Below, piece after piece: positions 20,880 through 30,856 of a DNA stretch of 64,000 bases; positions within the stretch are counted from its first letter, which is position 1, and every line of letters starts with the position of its first letter. Origin of the DNA: a virus; the IMG/VR virus record IMGVR_UViG_3300027804_000045, positions 86,744 to 150,743 of that record; one strand, written 5' to 3'. Both the position numbers and the translations under genes were made by a program. The notes beneath the pieces are model-generated. The model was not told the DNA's origin, did not search any database, and was given only the letters and a program-made list of their open reading frames with translations.

Positions 20880-21073
20880 ACTAAATCCTTAAACATCTGT
20901 CGTCGTCCATTCTCACCTAACGTAGCATCAAAGATTTCTCTTGTGCGTTGCATCATAGCACATGCCAACATCAATTGATCATTACGATCATTCGTTGACA
21001 AGATAGCGGTATCAATTACCGTCATCAATGTTCGCATACGTTCTTCGATTGGATCAAACTCATATTTACTCAT
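20876..21073 (-). CDS. Hypothetical protein
   Basis: 65-aa coupled ORF. Confidence 0.65.
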   Translation of the reverse strand: MSKYEFDPIEERMRTLMTVIDTAILSTNDRNDQLMLACAMMQRTREIFDATLGENGRRQMFKDLV

Positions 21074-21074
21074 A

Positions 21075-22205
21075 TTAAAATGCCCTCAAGATAATCATAT
21101 TCGCATTGAAGCGACCGTTCGGCTTTGCCGATACCGCCTTGATGTTATCAAAGAATTTACGTGCAGCAGGCTTGCTACCCATAATCTCTTTGATTTGCTG
21201 TTCGGGCTTACGTAGAGTTTTGATTTCTGATTCCTTAGTACAGAAACCAACTACAGTATTGCCCTTGACGCTAATGCTCTTAGTGTACTCGTCAGCAACA
21301 TAGTGATGAAGTTTGCGCTTCTTAGTGTCGTAGACCCAAGCCTCGCTACAGTTATGTAGTTTAGTCGGGCTTACACTCTCAAGTTCAAGTTTCTCCAACT
21401 TGAAGTTCTTGAGATACTTGAGACGCTTGACAACCTTTTCTACCGGTACAGGCTTCTTAGCGCGGGGCTTCTTGCCTGCCTTCTTGAGATTGATGTACGC
21501 ATTGAGATCGGCGATGACAGTCTGAATAGTATTGATAATGTTCTTCAACTGAACCTTACCAAAACGCTCATAGGCTTCATTCAACTGTTCGTCCTTACCT
21601 GCAAGGACCTCTTCATACTCATAGAGTTTGCCTTCCCACGCACTGACCAACATAGGTACATGTTGCGGGAGAATGTTGCGCTGAGACAACAAGTCCATTG
21701 CCTTGATGCCTTCCTTACCAGCACCAGACTTCAGATAATCATCCCACAGACCCTCAAGTTCACCACCAACTTGCTGAGTGCGCTCACGCATAATCTCCTG
21801 CACGTTGGGGCGATTACTTACAGGGGCTTCCTCGTCAGAGGTATCGACCGTTGTGAACGATACCAGACGATCTACCTCACTCTGAAGTTTAGCCAACGTG
21901 TCGTTTGACACTACACTTCCCCTCAGGATACAACGCGCTAGCCAACCATAAGTGGTCTTGACATGCCTATCGTTGACACGGCGTATGCTTTTAGCAACTT
22001 GTTGTTTGCCCGCAACATCTAGATATTGGGCGATGAATTCTTTAGCGTCCTTGTTATCGTAAAAGTGATTATACCAATTGAACGCCTTAGCGAGTTCCCA
22101 TTCAGTCACGACCAGATCAGCATTGAAACTGGGTTCGGGACCAATGTGCTTCAAGTCAAAGTCCTTAGGCTTCAACTCTCTGATTTCTACTTTGTGCTTT
22201 ACCAT
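21075..22205 (-). CDS. Hypothetical early protein
   Basis: 376 aa; AACGGAG RBS; own sigma70-like promoter. Confidence 0.7.
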   Translation of the reverse strand: MVKHKVEIRELKPKDFDLKHIGPEPSFNADLVVTEWELAKAFNWYNHFYDNKDAKEFIAQYLDVAGKQQVAKSIRRVNDRHVKTTYGWLARCILRGSVVSNDTLAKLQSEVDRLVSFTTVDTSDEEAPVSNRPNVQEIMRERTQQVGGELEGLWDDYLKSGAGKEGIKAMDLLSQRNILPQHVPMLVSAWEGKLYEYEEVLAGKDEQLNEAYERFGKVQLKNIINTIQTVIADLNAYINLKKAGKKPRAKKPVPVEKVVKRLKYLKNFKLEKLELESVSPTKLHNCSEAWVYDTKKRKLHHYVADEYTKSISVKGNTVVGFCTKESEIKTLRKPEQQIKEIMGSKPAARKFFDNIKAVSAKPNGRFNANMIILRAF

Positions 22206-22234
22206 GACAACTCCGTTGTTTCACTAATTTATAT

Positions 22235-22284
22235 ATTTTACGCTAAAACAGGGCTAAAGTCAATACCTTTGTAAGTCATTGATT
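22235..22284 (-). promoter_or_regulatory. Sigma70-like promoter with an upstream IHF consensus site
   Basis: TTGACT-17-TAAAAT; AATCAATGACTTA (WATCAANNNNTTR) on the minus strand at 22272-22284. Confidence 0.7.
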
Positions 22285-22302
22285 TTTATACTAAATACTA
22301 CT

Positions 22303-24027
22303 ATGCCCAAACTGTCGCTGTATCATCCAACAAAATCTAATGATTACAAGTACTTTGATAAGGTAATTTCAGAGCAATTCACTGTTGGTGGCACGGATTT
22401 ATATATTCACAAATACATAGGTCCAGTCGCTCAGACCCCCAGCGTAGACTATACACAACCCCAGTATATAAGTCCAGATCCATTACAGATACAGGACTTA
22501 CTGTTTTTAGAAAATCGTGATAGGAAGTACGACACGAACATTTACAGATTGCGTGGTCATTATAATGTTCAGAACCTTGATTTCGATCTAAGCCAATTTG
22601 GCTTATTCTTGAATAATGACATAATTTTCATAACCGTTCACTACAACGACATGATCGATATCGTTGGTAGAAAACTTATGGTGGGCGACGTTCTTGAACT
22701 ACCGCACTTGCTTGATTATAATCCTCTTAATGAAACGATACCGGTTGCGCTAAAACGTTTCTATCAGATTACAGACGCAAACTTCGCAAGTGAAGGATTT
22801 AGTCAAACTTGGTATCCACATCTATGGCGCATTAAGTGTGAGCCATTAGTTGATAGCCAAGAATTTAGCAACATACTCAAAGAGCCAATCAATCAAGACA
22901 ACTATCTTGGAGATTGGGACAAGAATAAAGTTTATCCGCCTGGATATATTATCAGTTACGGCGACAAGAATTATGAATCAATAAAAGAAGTTCCTGCCGG
23001 CATAGCACCGCCTAATGAGGAATATTGGAAATTAAGTACAGAACAAAATCTAAAAGACATTTTATCAACTTACAATAAAAATTTACAAGTCAACGATGCT
23101 CAACTACAAGAAGCAAAGCGTATTGTACCTAAAGCAGGATACAACAATAATGATCTATATGTTGTTCCTACATATGGTATATACCAAAGTAATGGTGTGT
23201 TATCTGATAAATTAGATCAGCCAGCTCCACCTGTTAATGTAGTTACTTATAGCGGCGGCGCGCCACAAACTGGAAGTTACGCGACGGTAGTTTATATGCG
23301 TAACCCCAAGTTTAAAAATCCTAGTGTCGGTTTAAGAATCAGCAAAGACGTTATCAACAGTATTTGGGATATGACTGCTGACAGCGATTTGTCAGATAAG
23401 TTTGATAAATTTATTCAGGCTAATTTAGAAGTAAGTGAAACTAAACCGCATGTGTTAAAAGAAGGTTCAGGTACAAGAGCATTGCAAGGTGACAAGTATC
23501 TAACAGTACAATCAATGGGCCCAGTTACTGGGCCATACGGTACAGCGGATAATACTTATGCTACTGCTGATGCTGATCCTACACAGCCAGGATTTACTGG
23601 AACGATTAGCACACAGATGGACTGGCGTGCTGACTGTGATCCTGCATTCCAATATATCACTCGCGCAAGTCCTCGTAGTTTTGGATACAGCGCAGGTTAT
23701 CTGACAGGTGATGCGATTCCTCCAAACGGCTTACCGAGCGGCGCCGGTATCGCTTTCCCACAAAACCCTCAAGTGGGAGATTACTTTTTACGTATAGATT
23801 ATTTTCCGCAAATATTATACCGTTGGGATGGACAAATTTGGGTAAGAATCTCAACTAATGTTAGAACAGAGACAGGATTCACAAATACAGATCAATCACA
23901 AATTTCGGGATTCATCAACAATCAATCAGATATATACTTTAATAATTCTGAAAAGGTGATTCCATCGGCGCAACCATTATCAAGTATTTTGGACATCGCT
24001 CCTGACAATATACCACCAATAGAGTAA
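22303..24027 (+). CDS. Neck/head-closure protein (gp14-like), extended
   Basis: LFLENRDRKY, LSQFGLFL.ND, GDVLELPH and W.PHLWRIKCEP motifs; ATG 5 nt after TAAATA at 22292-22297. Confidence 0.75.
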   Translation: MPKLSLYHPTKSNDYKYFDKVISEQFTVGGTDLYIHKYIGPVAQTPSVDYTQPQYISPDPLQIQDLLFLENRDRKYDTNIYRLRGHYNVQNLDFDLSQFGLFLNNDIIFITVHYNDMIDIVGRKLMVGDVLELPHLLDYNPLNETIPVALKRFYQITDANFASEGFSQTWYPHLWRIKCEPLVDSQEFSNILKEPINQDNYLGDWDKNKVYPPGYIISYGDKNYESIKEVPAGIAPPNEEYWKLSTEQNLKDILSTYNKNLQVNDAQLQEAKRIVPKAGYNNNDLYVVPTYGIYQSNGVLSDKLDQPAPPVNVVTYSGGAPQTGSYATVVYMRNPKFKNPSVGLRISKDVINSIWDMTADSDLSDKFDKFIQANLEVSETKPHVLKEGSGTRALQGDKYLTVQSMGPVTGPYGTADNTYATADADPTQPGFTGTISTQMDWRADCDPAFQYITRASPRSFGYSAGYLTGDAIPPNGLPSGAGIAFPQNPQVGDYFLRIDYFPQILYRWDGQIWVRISTNVRTETGFTNTDQSQISGFINNQSDIYFNNSEKVIPSAQPLSSILDIAPDNIPPIE

Positions 24028-24030
24028 TTC

Positions 24031-25407
24031 ATGGCACAATTTTTTTACGACAATCAGATACGCAGATTCTTATTACAGTTTGCGAAAATCTTTAGTAACT
24101 GGTATGTGACTAAAGGCAAAGATCCCAACGGCAATGATATTCTTGTTCGTGTACCTGTGATGTATGGTGATCAAAGTAGACAGGTTCAGACGATTATACA
24201 AAATAATAGTCCAAGTTCTTTGCCTAGCGCACCGATGATAACTTATTTTATCACAGGTTTAGAGTACGATCAGAAACGTACACAAGAACCTTTCTTCGTT
24301 GAAAAGCTACAAGTAAGACAGCGCGCCTACAATAATGAAACTGAATCATACGAAAATACACAAGGTCAGGCATTTACAATCGAACGTCTTATGCCTGTTC
24401 CTTATACGCTTAGACTACAAGTAGATTTTTGGACAACAAACTATAATCAAAAATTAGAATTAATCGAACAATTAGGAACGATTTTCAATCCTAGTTTAGA
24501 AATACAAAGCACAGATAACTTTGTTGACTGGACATCATTGACAGTAGTTTATCAAGACGGATTAACTTTTAGTTCACGCACTATTCCTATAGGCACAGGA
24601 AATCCAATAGATGTTTTAAGCTGGAAGTTTTATATTCCTATATGGATCAGTACTAGCAGCAAGCTCAAGAAAATGGGCGTCATACATAAAATTATCGCTA
24701 GCATTTACAAAGGTACAGCACTACAAGACATACAAGATGAAGATTTATTATTAGGAACACGACAGAAAATAAGTCCTTTTGGTTACAAAGTATTATTGAT
24801 AGGAAACAAATTACAATTATTACCTGCCAATGAAGCATTCTACCCACCTAACACAGATTTAAATGACCCTTCACCTCCCAACACTGATTTGTATTGGACT
24901 AGTTTACTGAATGCTTATGGGGCGTGGAAGCCAGGTATTAGTCAAATTTGGTTACAGAATCCATATATGGAAAATGATATTGTTGGAACTATAGTGCCTG
25001 ATCCTGTCGATGATAGATTACTAATCTATAATATAGATCCTGACACGCTACCTCAAAACACACTCAATCCGGTAGATAGCGTCATTAATCCTCAATTAAC
25101 TGGTCCAAACGCAGGACTTCCAGGCCCTATTAACGGTAGAAGATATCTAATCGTTGAAGATATAGGTAGTGAAGGTAATAGTACAGTAGCATGGGGCGAT
25201 TTAGTTGCTGAAGCAAATGACATAATACAGTTTGACAGTTCTACGATGTCATGGTTTGTTTCATTTGATGCAAGCGAATGTACCACTGTAGAATATGTGA
25301 CTAACCTTACTACAAATTTACAATACCGTTATGTCGATCAAGAAGGACAATGGATGAAGAGTTACGAAGGTTGGTATGGAGAGGGCGATTACAGTATTGT
25401 AATTTAA
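24031..25407 (+). CDS. Tail sheath stabiliser / tail terminator (gp15-like)
   Basis: FFYD.QIRRF..QF..IFS, VP..YG, PVPY.L and LIEQ....FNP motifs. Confidence 0.8.
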   Translation: MAQFFYDNQIRRFLLQFAKIFSNWYVTKGKDPNGNDILVRVPVMYGDQSRQVQTIIQNNSPSSLPSAPMITYFITGLEYDQKRTQEPFFVEKLQVRQRAYNNETESYENTQGQAFTIERLMPVPYTLRLQVDFWTTNYNQKLELIEQLGTIFNPSLEIQSTDNFVDWTSLTVVYQDGLTFSSRTIPIGTGNPIDVLSWKFYIPIWISTSSKLKKMGVIHKIIASIYKGTALQDIQDEDLLLGTRQKISPFGYKVLLIGNKLQLLPANEAFYPPNTDLNDPSPPNTDLYWTSLLNAYGAWKPGISQIWLQNPYMENDIVGTIVPDPVDDRLLIYNIDPDTLPQNTLNPVDSVINPQLTGPNAGLPGPINGRRYLIVEDIGSEGNSTVAWGDLVAEANDIIQFDSSTMSWFVSFDASECTTVEYVTNLTTNLQYRYVDQEGQWMKSYEGWYGEGDYSIVI

Positions 25408-25430
25408 TAGAATACTGATAAACTATATCT

Positions 25431-25832
25431 ATGCAAAACACTTCAGCAGGATTATTCTTTTACAGTAAAAATACCGGAAGATTTTTGTATTTGCTACGTA
25501 GCGACAATAATTGTAGTTGGGGTGTGCCCGGAGGAAAAATAGAAAAAGATGAAACCTTGTTAGAAGGTATAGAAAGAGAATGCATGGAAGAGATAGGATA
25601 TTTTCCTAATGATGCAAAATTAGTTCCTATCCAAAAATTTGTTAATAATACTTTTACGTATCATACATTCTTTTGTGCCGTCGACGATGAGTTTGTACCT
25701 ATTTTAAACAACGAACACATAGGTTATGCATGGGTAGGCATGAATCAGCACCCGAAACCAATGCATCCAGGATTATTCAGCACAGTAAACATTGATATAG
25801 TTAGAGAAAAGTTAGAAACACTCACAAAATAA
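25431..25832 (+). CDS. NUDIX hydrolase
   Basis: Nudix box GGKIEKDETLLEGIERECMEEIG. Confidence 0.9.
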   Translation: MQNTSAGLFFYSKNTGRFLYLLRSDNNCSWGVPGGKIEKDETLLEGIERECMEEIGYFPNDAKLVPIQKFVNNTFTYHTFFCAVDDEFVPILNNEHIGYAWVGMNQHPKPMHPGLFSTVNIDIVREKLETLTK

Positions 25833-25856
25833 AAACGGGGCTTTCGCCCCGTTTTT
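25831..25856. terminator. Bidirectional intrinsic terminator
   Basis: AAAAACGGGGC-TTTC-GCCCCGTTTTT between convergent genes. Confidence 0.9.
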
Positions 25857-25875
25857 ACTAGTCATTTGACTATTT

Positions 25876-26193
25876 TCACTGCGATAAAAACATTTGAACT
25901 GCTTCGACCCCAGTAGCACCTAACAGTGCTGCTGCCCCCATGAGCATCCATTTTATTTTCTCAAAGCCGGATACTTTTTCTGAGAGTTCTTCATGTTGTT
26001 TCACTGAGATGTCATTATACTCTTTTAGTAGTAGCTTAGTCTCAGTCATATTTCTATCTAAACATTCATGAAGGTCTTTAACATCAGTTTTGAGTTCATC
26101 AACTTTTTCATGTAGGTTTTCGACCTCAAGTTGTAGAACCGCAACTTCTGTAACTGTTTGCTCAAATTTAATTTTTCTAGCAATAGTAGCCAT
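25876..26193 (-). CDS. Coiled-coil protein with a C-terminal membrane segment
   Basis: Heptad pattern followed by WMLMGAAALLGATG. Confidence 0.6.
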   Translation of the reverse strand: MATIARKIKFEQTVTEVAVLQLEVENLHEKVDELKTDVKDLHECLDRNMTETKLLLKEYNDISVKQHEELSEKVSGFEKIKWMLMGAAALLGATGVEAVQMFLSQ

Positions 26194-26205
26194 TACAATA
26201 CCCTA

Positions 26206-27327
26206 TTAAGCGTTTGTAATAGTGACTACAGGTGGTAGTGATGCATTTGCGTTCGCAGCGATTGCTGAGTTGAACGATGCGATAACATCAGGATTGACAT
26301 CTGCCAATACCGCTGTACCTGTACCTGAACCTGCACCAGTAGCAACGAATGTGATACCAGTCATGTTGGCGAATGCGCCAACAGCAGTCCAATCAGTATT
26401 ACCTGCATTATAAATGGTATATACTGTACCCTGTACTAGTGATGAGGCTGCAACCTGTGCCGGGAACACCTCTGAATTATAATCATTCAATGATGAAACC
26501 TTGCTTGTTGCTGTGTTAGCATAAGTTGCTGTAATAGTCATTGTGTTTGGTGACAATGCTGTGTTAGCAACATTTGCTGTATAGCAAGCCTGAGTTAAGC
26601 CTGAAGTAGTACCAGTTACTAGATATTTTGTCTTACCTTTCTGACGAACGATAAAACCTGCTTCTGGTGTACCATATATATAAGCACCGCCTGAAACGTT
26701 TGCTGTAGCGTTTGCTGCGAATGTAGCAAATACAGCATTTGCGTTTGCGATGTCATCAATAGTACCAAGTAGGTTACCATCTACGTCATAAACGATTGTT
26801 CCATCAACAAATGTGTTTGCAAAGTCTGTACCCACACCGTCAATGTTTGGACTATCATCAGCTACAGTAATTGTGCCAGTACCTGATATACCCATGCATA
26901 CACCAACCAATACTTGTGAACCGTAGATTGCTGTATTGCCACCAACTACGCCATATGTATTTGCGTTAGTTGCTGGATAGCCTGCACCACCGATTGGATT
27001 GTTGAAATATGCATCAACAACGCCTACTGTTGCAGCTACAGTGCCTGAATCTGTGGCTAATGCAAATTCAGTGTATGTTGGATTTGCTGAAAGTTGTGTT
27101 TCTGAAACAGTGAATTCACTGTTTGGACCAGCATTGACAACTGATAGAATCCAATATGTAGTACCTGCAACTAAGTTGCCGATATTGCTTGCTGGGATGA
27201 ATGGCATACCAGCAATGATACCTAAATTAGTAAAATTAGCGTTTGTAGTTACTAAATTTGTACCTGTAGTTGTATCTGTAATTGTTACAACTGCCTGTGC
27301 TTTTGCGATTTTAAGTGGACGACCCAT
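26206..27327 (-). CDS. Virion structural protein (beta-rich)
   Basis: T/A/G/N-rich; FIVRQKGKTKYLV motif; late promoter at 27414-27419 and AGGAG RBS. Confidence 0.65.
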   Translation of the reverse strand: MGRPLKIAKAQAVVTITDTTTGTNLVTTNANFTNLGIIAGMPFIPASNIGNLVAGTTYWILSVVNAGPNSEFTVSETQLSANPTYTEFALATDSGTVAATVGVVDAYFNNPIGGAGYPATNANTYGVVGGNTAIYGSQVLVGVCMGISGTGTITVADDSPNIDGVGTDFANTFVDGTIVYDVDGNLLGTIDDIANANAVFATFAANATANVSGGAYIYGTPEAGFIVRQKGKTKYLVTGTTSGLTQACYTANVANTALSPNTMTITATYANTATSKVSSLNDYNSEVFPAQVAASSLVQGTVYTIYNAGNTDWTAVGAFANMTGITFVATGAGSGTGTAVLADVNPDVIASFNSAIAANANASLPPVVTITNA

Positions 27328-27336
27328 TGTTTTGTT

Positions 27337-27412
27337 CTCCTATAATGCCGGGTTCTAGCCGTTACGCGGCGGGGACCGCATAAGTCCATAACAACAACGT
27401 CATGAACATACT
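27337..27412 (-). promoter_or_regulatory. Structured 5' leader (candidate cis-regulatory RNA)
   Basis: Three stems: CATGAC/GTTATG, TTATGCGG/CCGCGTAA and CGG/CCG. Confidence 0.45.
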
Positions 27413-27448
27413 ATATTTATCAAAAAATACTATTTTATTGCGTGATTA

Positions 27449-28006
27449 TTATGTGGTTGGTCCACCAGCTGCTGGAGTTGCTAGAACGCCAGTCGTGCCA
27501 GTGTTAGGATGAGGCATACCTAATTCAGTAATGCTAAATTCTTCTGCGCTGCCACCACCGACATCTAAGAAAGATACAACATTTCCTTGACCCACGATGA
27601 TACTATTTTGAACAGTATTTGCAGGAATGATTGTTGAGTTAGCATCTGCTACAGTATATGGAACACCATATGGATTATATCGTGCAGTACCACCTGATAT
27701 TGCTACTGCGGCGTTAGCAGTCAATGTTAGACTTGTATTGTTAGCAATAGATTTTACAATTCCTACTGTACTACCTGCTGTGTTTCCTATCCAAGCACCT
27801 ATATTTAATTGTGACAAAAATGCTGTACCTGATCCAGTAACAGTGTCACTAGTTGTAGCGCAAGTTACAGTACCAGTTAGTGCAACATTAGGAAAACTGG
27901 TAGTATATTGAATTGGTGAGGCTGTAGTAGCAATTCTAACTTTGTCGGTTGCTATATTTGCTGATGCTGTGGCTGAACCACTTGCTGTATATACGTATGA
28001 TGCCAT
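27449..28006 (-). CDS. Virion structural protein
   Basis: TVTGSGTAF..L motif; late promoter at 28025-28030. Confidence 0.6.
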   Translation of the reverse strand: MASYVYTASGSATASANIATDKVRIATTASPIQYTTSFPNVALTGTVTCATTSDTVTGSGTAFLSQLNIGAWIGNTAGSTVGIVKSIANNTSLTLTANAAVAISGGTARYNPYGVPYTVADANSTIIPANTVQNSIIVGQGNVVSFLDVGGGSAEEFSITELGMPHPNTGTTGVLATPAAGGPTT

Positions 28007-28033
28007 TGTTTTAATCCTGTGTTGTATTTATTC

Positions 28034-29428
28034 TTAAATTCTTCCAACCAATACTTCAACTACACCTTCATCATCTGTCAATTTATTTGTTATTGCTTTA
28101 CCTATAACAGTACCGACCTTAGGCATAGTTATTGCAGCTTTAGCTAATCCATTACCGGCGCTGATTAGCATATCTCCCTTGCTTATCTTACCTATAACTC
28201 TAACTGGAACACGACCAATTAGTGCGATCATGACTGGGTGCTCTGTATGTAAGCTTCCATTCATAACGTATGCAGGTTCGCTAGATACTACACCTGCAAT
28301 TTTATTACTTTCTGATCCTGCTACTGTTACCTCTTGCTCACCACCAAATTCTAACACCGTGCCTGGAATGTAGTTTTTATCCGCGGCATAATATTCAGCA
28401 AGGTCAGCATAAGTCGCTTCTAATCTTGATCCTGATGTTAACGTCCAGTTGCCAGTGATAGTACCTGGTGTTGCAGCGGCACCTGTTGTTATAGATGTTA
28501 GTACTAACGGATTTGAACCTGTAATGGTTAAATTTGTAAAACTTGCATTTCCTGCTGTAACGTTTGCAAGATTTGCTGTACCACCGACTGTTAGATTTCC
28601 ATTCGCTGTGATGTTGTTACCGACTATAATATTGCCGGGGCTTACTGTTAAATTGTTAGTTGTTTTATTAAATGTAAAATTAGCACTTGCATCTAACAAG
28701 TTGTTTGTATTAAATTGAACGCTTGTAGTCACGCCTGCGGCATTTGCTGAACCTTCGCTCCCGGTCGGTGCACAAGTTAAAATACCGCCTGATACATATG
28801 TGCCAAAACCTGTTGTATTGACAGGCGCTGTCAAAGTAATATCTGAATATAAAGCAAATGAATTATTAGTTAAGTTTCCAATGAAATAAGAATTTCCATT
28901 TACTTGTGTCATTCCTGTTACGCCTGTAATCGTAACTTCTGACCCATTTGTCAAATAAATATTTTCCGCGGTAGTGACAATGCCCGTGATAGCTTTACTA
29001 ATATTAGCGATGTTTGCTGTCACAAATACTTTAGGAGTCCAGCTTAAATTTCCTGTGCCGTCAGTAGTAAGCACATAATTAATACCGCCGCCTTGGATTG
29101 CGACATTGCTTACATCTCCTAAATTTACATATCCACCTGCGTCGCCGCCCCTGTTTACCCAATTGTCACCATCATATACTAATACTTGGCCATTAGCTAA
29201 ATTTAAATCGTTTATGTTTAAATTAGAGTTGCCGGCGCCATCTAATTGACTAAATGAGATATCAGAGTATGCAGTTAGAACTTCGACGTTTTCTGTGTTA
29301 CCTGTAGTTTTACCAATAAAAAGACGATTAACGTCTGCCGCAAAACCAAATTCTGCTTGATCTAATTGCGGCAAATCAACTAATTCACCGTAACGTTGTT
29401 GAATTTTAGAAATCTGTATAATTGACAT
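28034..29428 (-). CDS. Tail fibre/spike-like protein with a C-terminal intramolecular-chaperone (peptidase G2-like) domain
   Basis: N-terminal IQQRYG...LPQL..AEFG.A.D..RLFIG; C-terminal ADLAEYY, GVVS..PAYVMN, ALIGRVPVRV.G...KGD. Confidence 0.7.
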   Translation of the reverse strand: MSIIQISKIQQRYGELVDLPQLDQAEFGFAADVNRLFIGKTTGNTENVEVLTAYSDISFSQLDGAGNSNLNINDLNLANGQVLVYDGDNWVNRGGDAGGYVNLGDVSNVAIQGGGINYVLTTDGTGNLSWTPKVFVTANIANISKAITGIVTTAENIYLTNGSEVTITGVTGMTQVNGNSYFIGNLTNNSFALYSDITLTAPVNTTGFGTYVSGGILTCAPTGSEGSANAAGVTTSVQFNTNNLLDASANFTFNKTTNNLTVSPGNIIVGNNITANGNLTVGGTANLANVTAGNASFTNLTITGSNPLVLTSITTGAAATPGTITGNWTLTSGSRLEATYADLAEYYAADKNYIPGTVLEFGGEQEVTVAGSESNKIAGVVSSEPAYVMNGSLHTEHPVMIALIGRVPVRVIGKISKGDMLISAGNGLAKAAITMPKVGTVIGKAITNKLTDDEGVVEVLVGRI

Positions 29429-29470
29429 AGTTGTACTTACACCGGTAGTACAACTATTTATGCTTTTATA

Positions 29471-30160
29471 TTACAGGAATTGAGTGTAATATTCTTCTAT
29501 TCTGTGAAACCATTTGTCTGTGTATGTGTCGAATTCCTTACCTTCAACTATAAATTCCTGATATTTATTATCAGCACTACACATAAAGACTACACCCTTA
29601 CGTATGTTAGTTCCATACACTTCATTATGTGCTGTAGCATAAGCGGATAATTGAAGAAAATAGTCATCGATCCATTCGCGCTTTTTAGGCTTGTTAGTTT
29701 GCTTATGGTCCATGATGGCCTCTGAACCCTCATGTATCCCAACAAGGTCTGTAGTTCCCGCATATACTTCAGGGAAGTAAAGACTGACTTCTGTTCCCCA
29801 AAATTCCTGACACTTACTTAACCCTTTGTCAATGATAGTCTGAGCCATCAGATGACTTTGTATACTGTAAGGATTGGTACCGGGCTTTCCTGTATCTCCG
29901 GTTTTCACATGATTTTCTAAAAACTTGTGCATACGAGTCCCACGACCCGCTGCCTCTGTAGTTATTTCTTTTGCCTTCTGCTCGCCTACCCGCTTACGCC
30001 ATTCACGTAGTGCTTGCTTTGCTTCTTCGGGTTTAGTTGCATCCAGTATCGTGGTGACACTGGGAACAGCATATCCATCTGGGGTCATATATTTCCTTGA
30101 CCCATTAATGGTTTCGCGCTTCAGTTCTTTGTAGGGAAATTTATTAGGTAAGTATATCAA
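29471..30160 (-). CDS. PD-(D/E)XK exonuclease
   Basis: PSVTTIL, RGTRMH, YAGTTDLVG, MDHKQ and QLSAYA motifs; start placed at the TTG overlapping the iscA stop. Confidence 0.8.
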   Translation of the reverse strand: MIYLPNKFPYKELKRETINGSRKYMTPDGYAVPSVTTILDATKPEEAKQALREWRKRVGEQKAKEITTEAAGRGTRMHKFLENHVKTGDTGKPGTNPYSIQSHLMAQTIIDKGLSKCQEFWGTEVSLYFPEVYAGTTDLVGIHEGSEAIMDHKQTNKPKKREWIDDYFLQLSAYATAHNEVYGTNIRKGVVFMCSADNKYQEFIVEGKEFDTYTDKWFHRIEEYYTQFL

Positions 30161-30477
30161 ACAGTAAAACTCTCGCCGCAACCGCAGCGTCCTGCTTCGT
30201 TAGGATTTAGAAATTCAAATCTTTCATTCAATCCTTGCTTGATATAATCAATCGTGATGCCATCCAATAACCTTTCAGCTAATGGATCTACGAACAAAGT
30301 AAAATTATCGTAATGTTGATGGAATCCTGTTACAGGAGTATCGGCAAACTCAAGGGTGTATGCGTAACCAGAACAGCCTGTTTTCTTCACGCCTACAAGT
30401 ATCCCTATACCTTTGCCGCGCTGTTCTAGTTGTTCTATAAATCTTTGTTCAGCTTTATCTGTTATTGTTATAAGCAT
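30157..30477 (-). CDS. iscA: A-type Fe-S cluster carrier (IscA/HesB)
   Basis: GCSGYAY and CGCGESF motifs. Confidence 0.92.
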   Translation of the reverse strand: MLITITDKAEQRFIEQLEQRGKGIGILVGVKKTGCSGYAYTLEFADTPVTGFHQHYDNFTLFVDPLAERLLDGITIDYIKQGLNERFEFLNPNEAGRCGCGESFTV

Positions 30478-30485
30478 TTCAATAC

Positions 30486-30514
30486 ATTATAGTGCAATTG
30501 TTGTATAAAAACAA
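30486..30514 (-). promoter_or_regulatory. Sigma70-like promoter, near-leaderless start
   Basis: TTGTTT-17-TATAAT-8 nt-ATG. Confidence 0.6.
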
Positions 30515-30517
30515 CTT

Positions 30518-30853
30518 TTATTTGCCCAATGCTTTTTTAGCCATCTTTGCTACTACTTCTTTGCTTTGTTCTGGAGATGGCATTTCTGGTGTTTTAGGTT
30601 GCTGTGGTAGACCTTTGAAAACAACTTCTTGACCCTTTACGTCAGATATTACTGACTTAAGTGGATCGACTTTTATCATGTTGTAAATGTCTTTGTTAGA
30701 CAATACAACATCAAAACTGTCAAAATATTCAAGCAACTGATCTAACGTCCAGTTACTGGTAATCTCGCCCTTTTTGATAGCCTGCTTTAATTGGTCACTT
30801 GCTGATATGATATTTACCAGCAACTCCTGATCTGAAAATTCAAAGAGGTACAT
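30518..30853 (-). CDS. Hypothetical (probable head) protein
   Basis: N-terminal MYLFE motif; late operon. Confidence 0.6.
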   Translation of the reverse strand: MYLFEFSDQELLVNIISASDQLKQAIKKGEITSNWTLDQLLEYFDSFDVVLSNKDIYNMIKVDPLKSVISDVKGQEVVFKGLPQQPKTPEMPSPEQSKEVVAKMAKKALGK

Positions 30854-30856
30854 TAC

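Noticed and set aside
27348-27362. preQ1-I-like GGTTCTAG on the plus strand
   Set aside because: Antisense to the gene, and lacks the closing stem and A-rich tail
29471-30160. Cas4 / CRISPR system
   Set aside because: No four-Cys Fe-S motif, no other cas genes, and no repeat-spacer array seen
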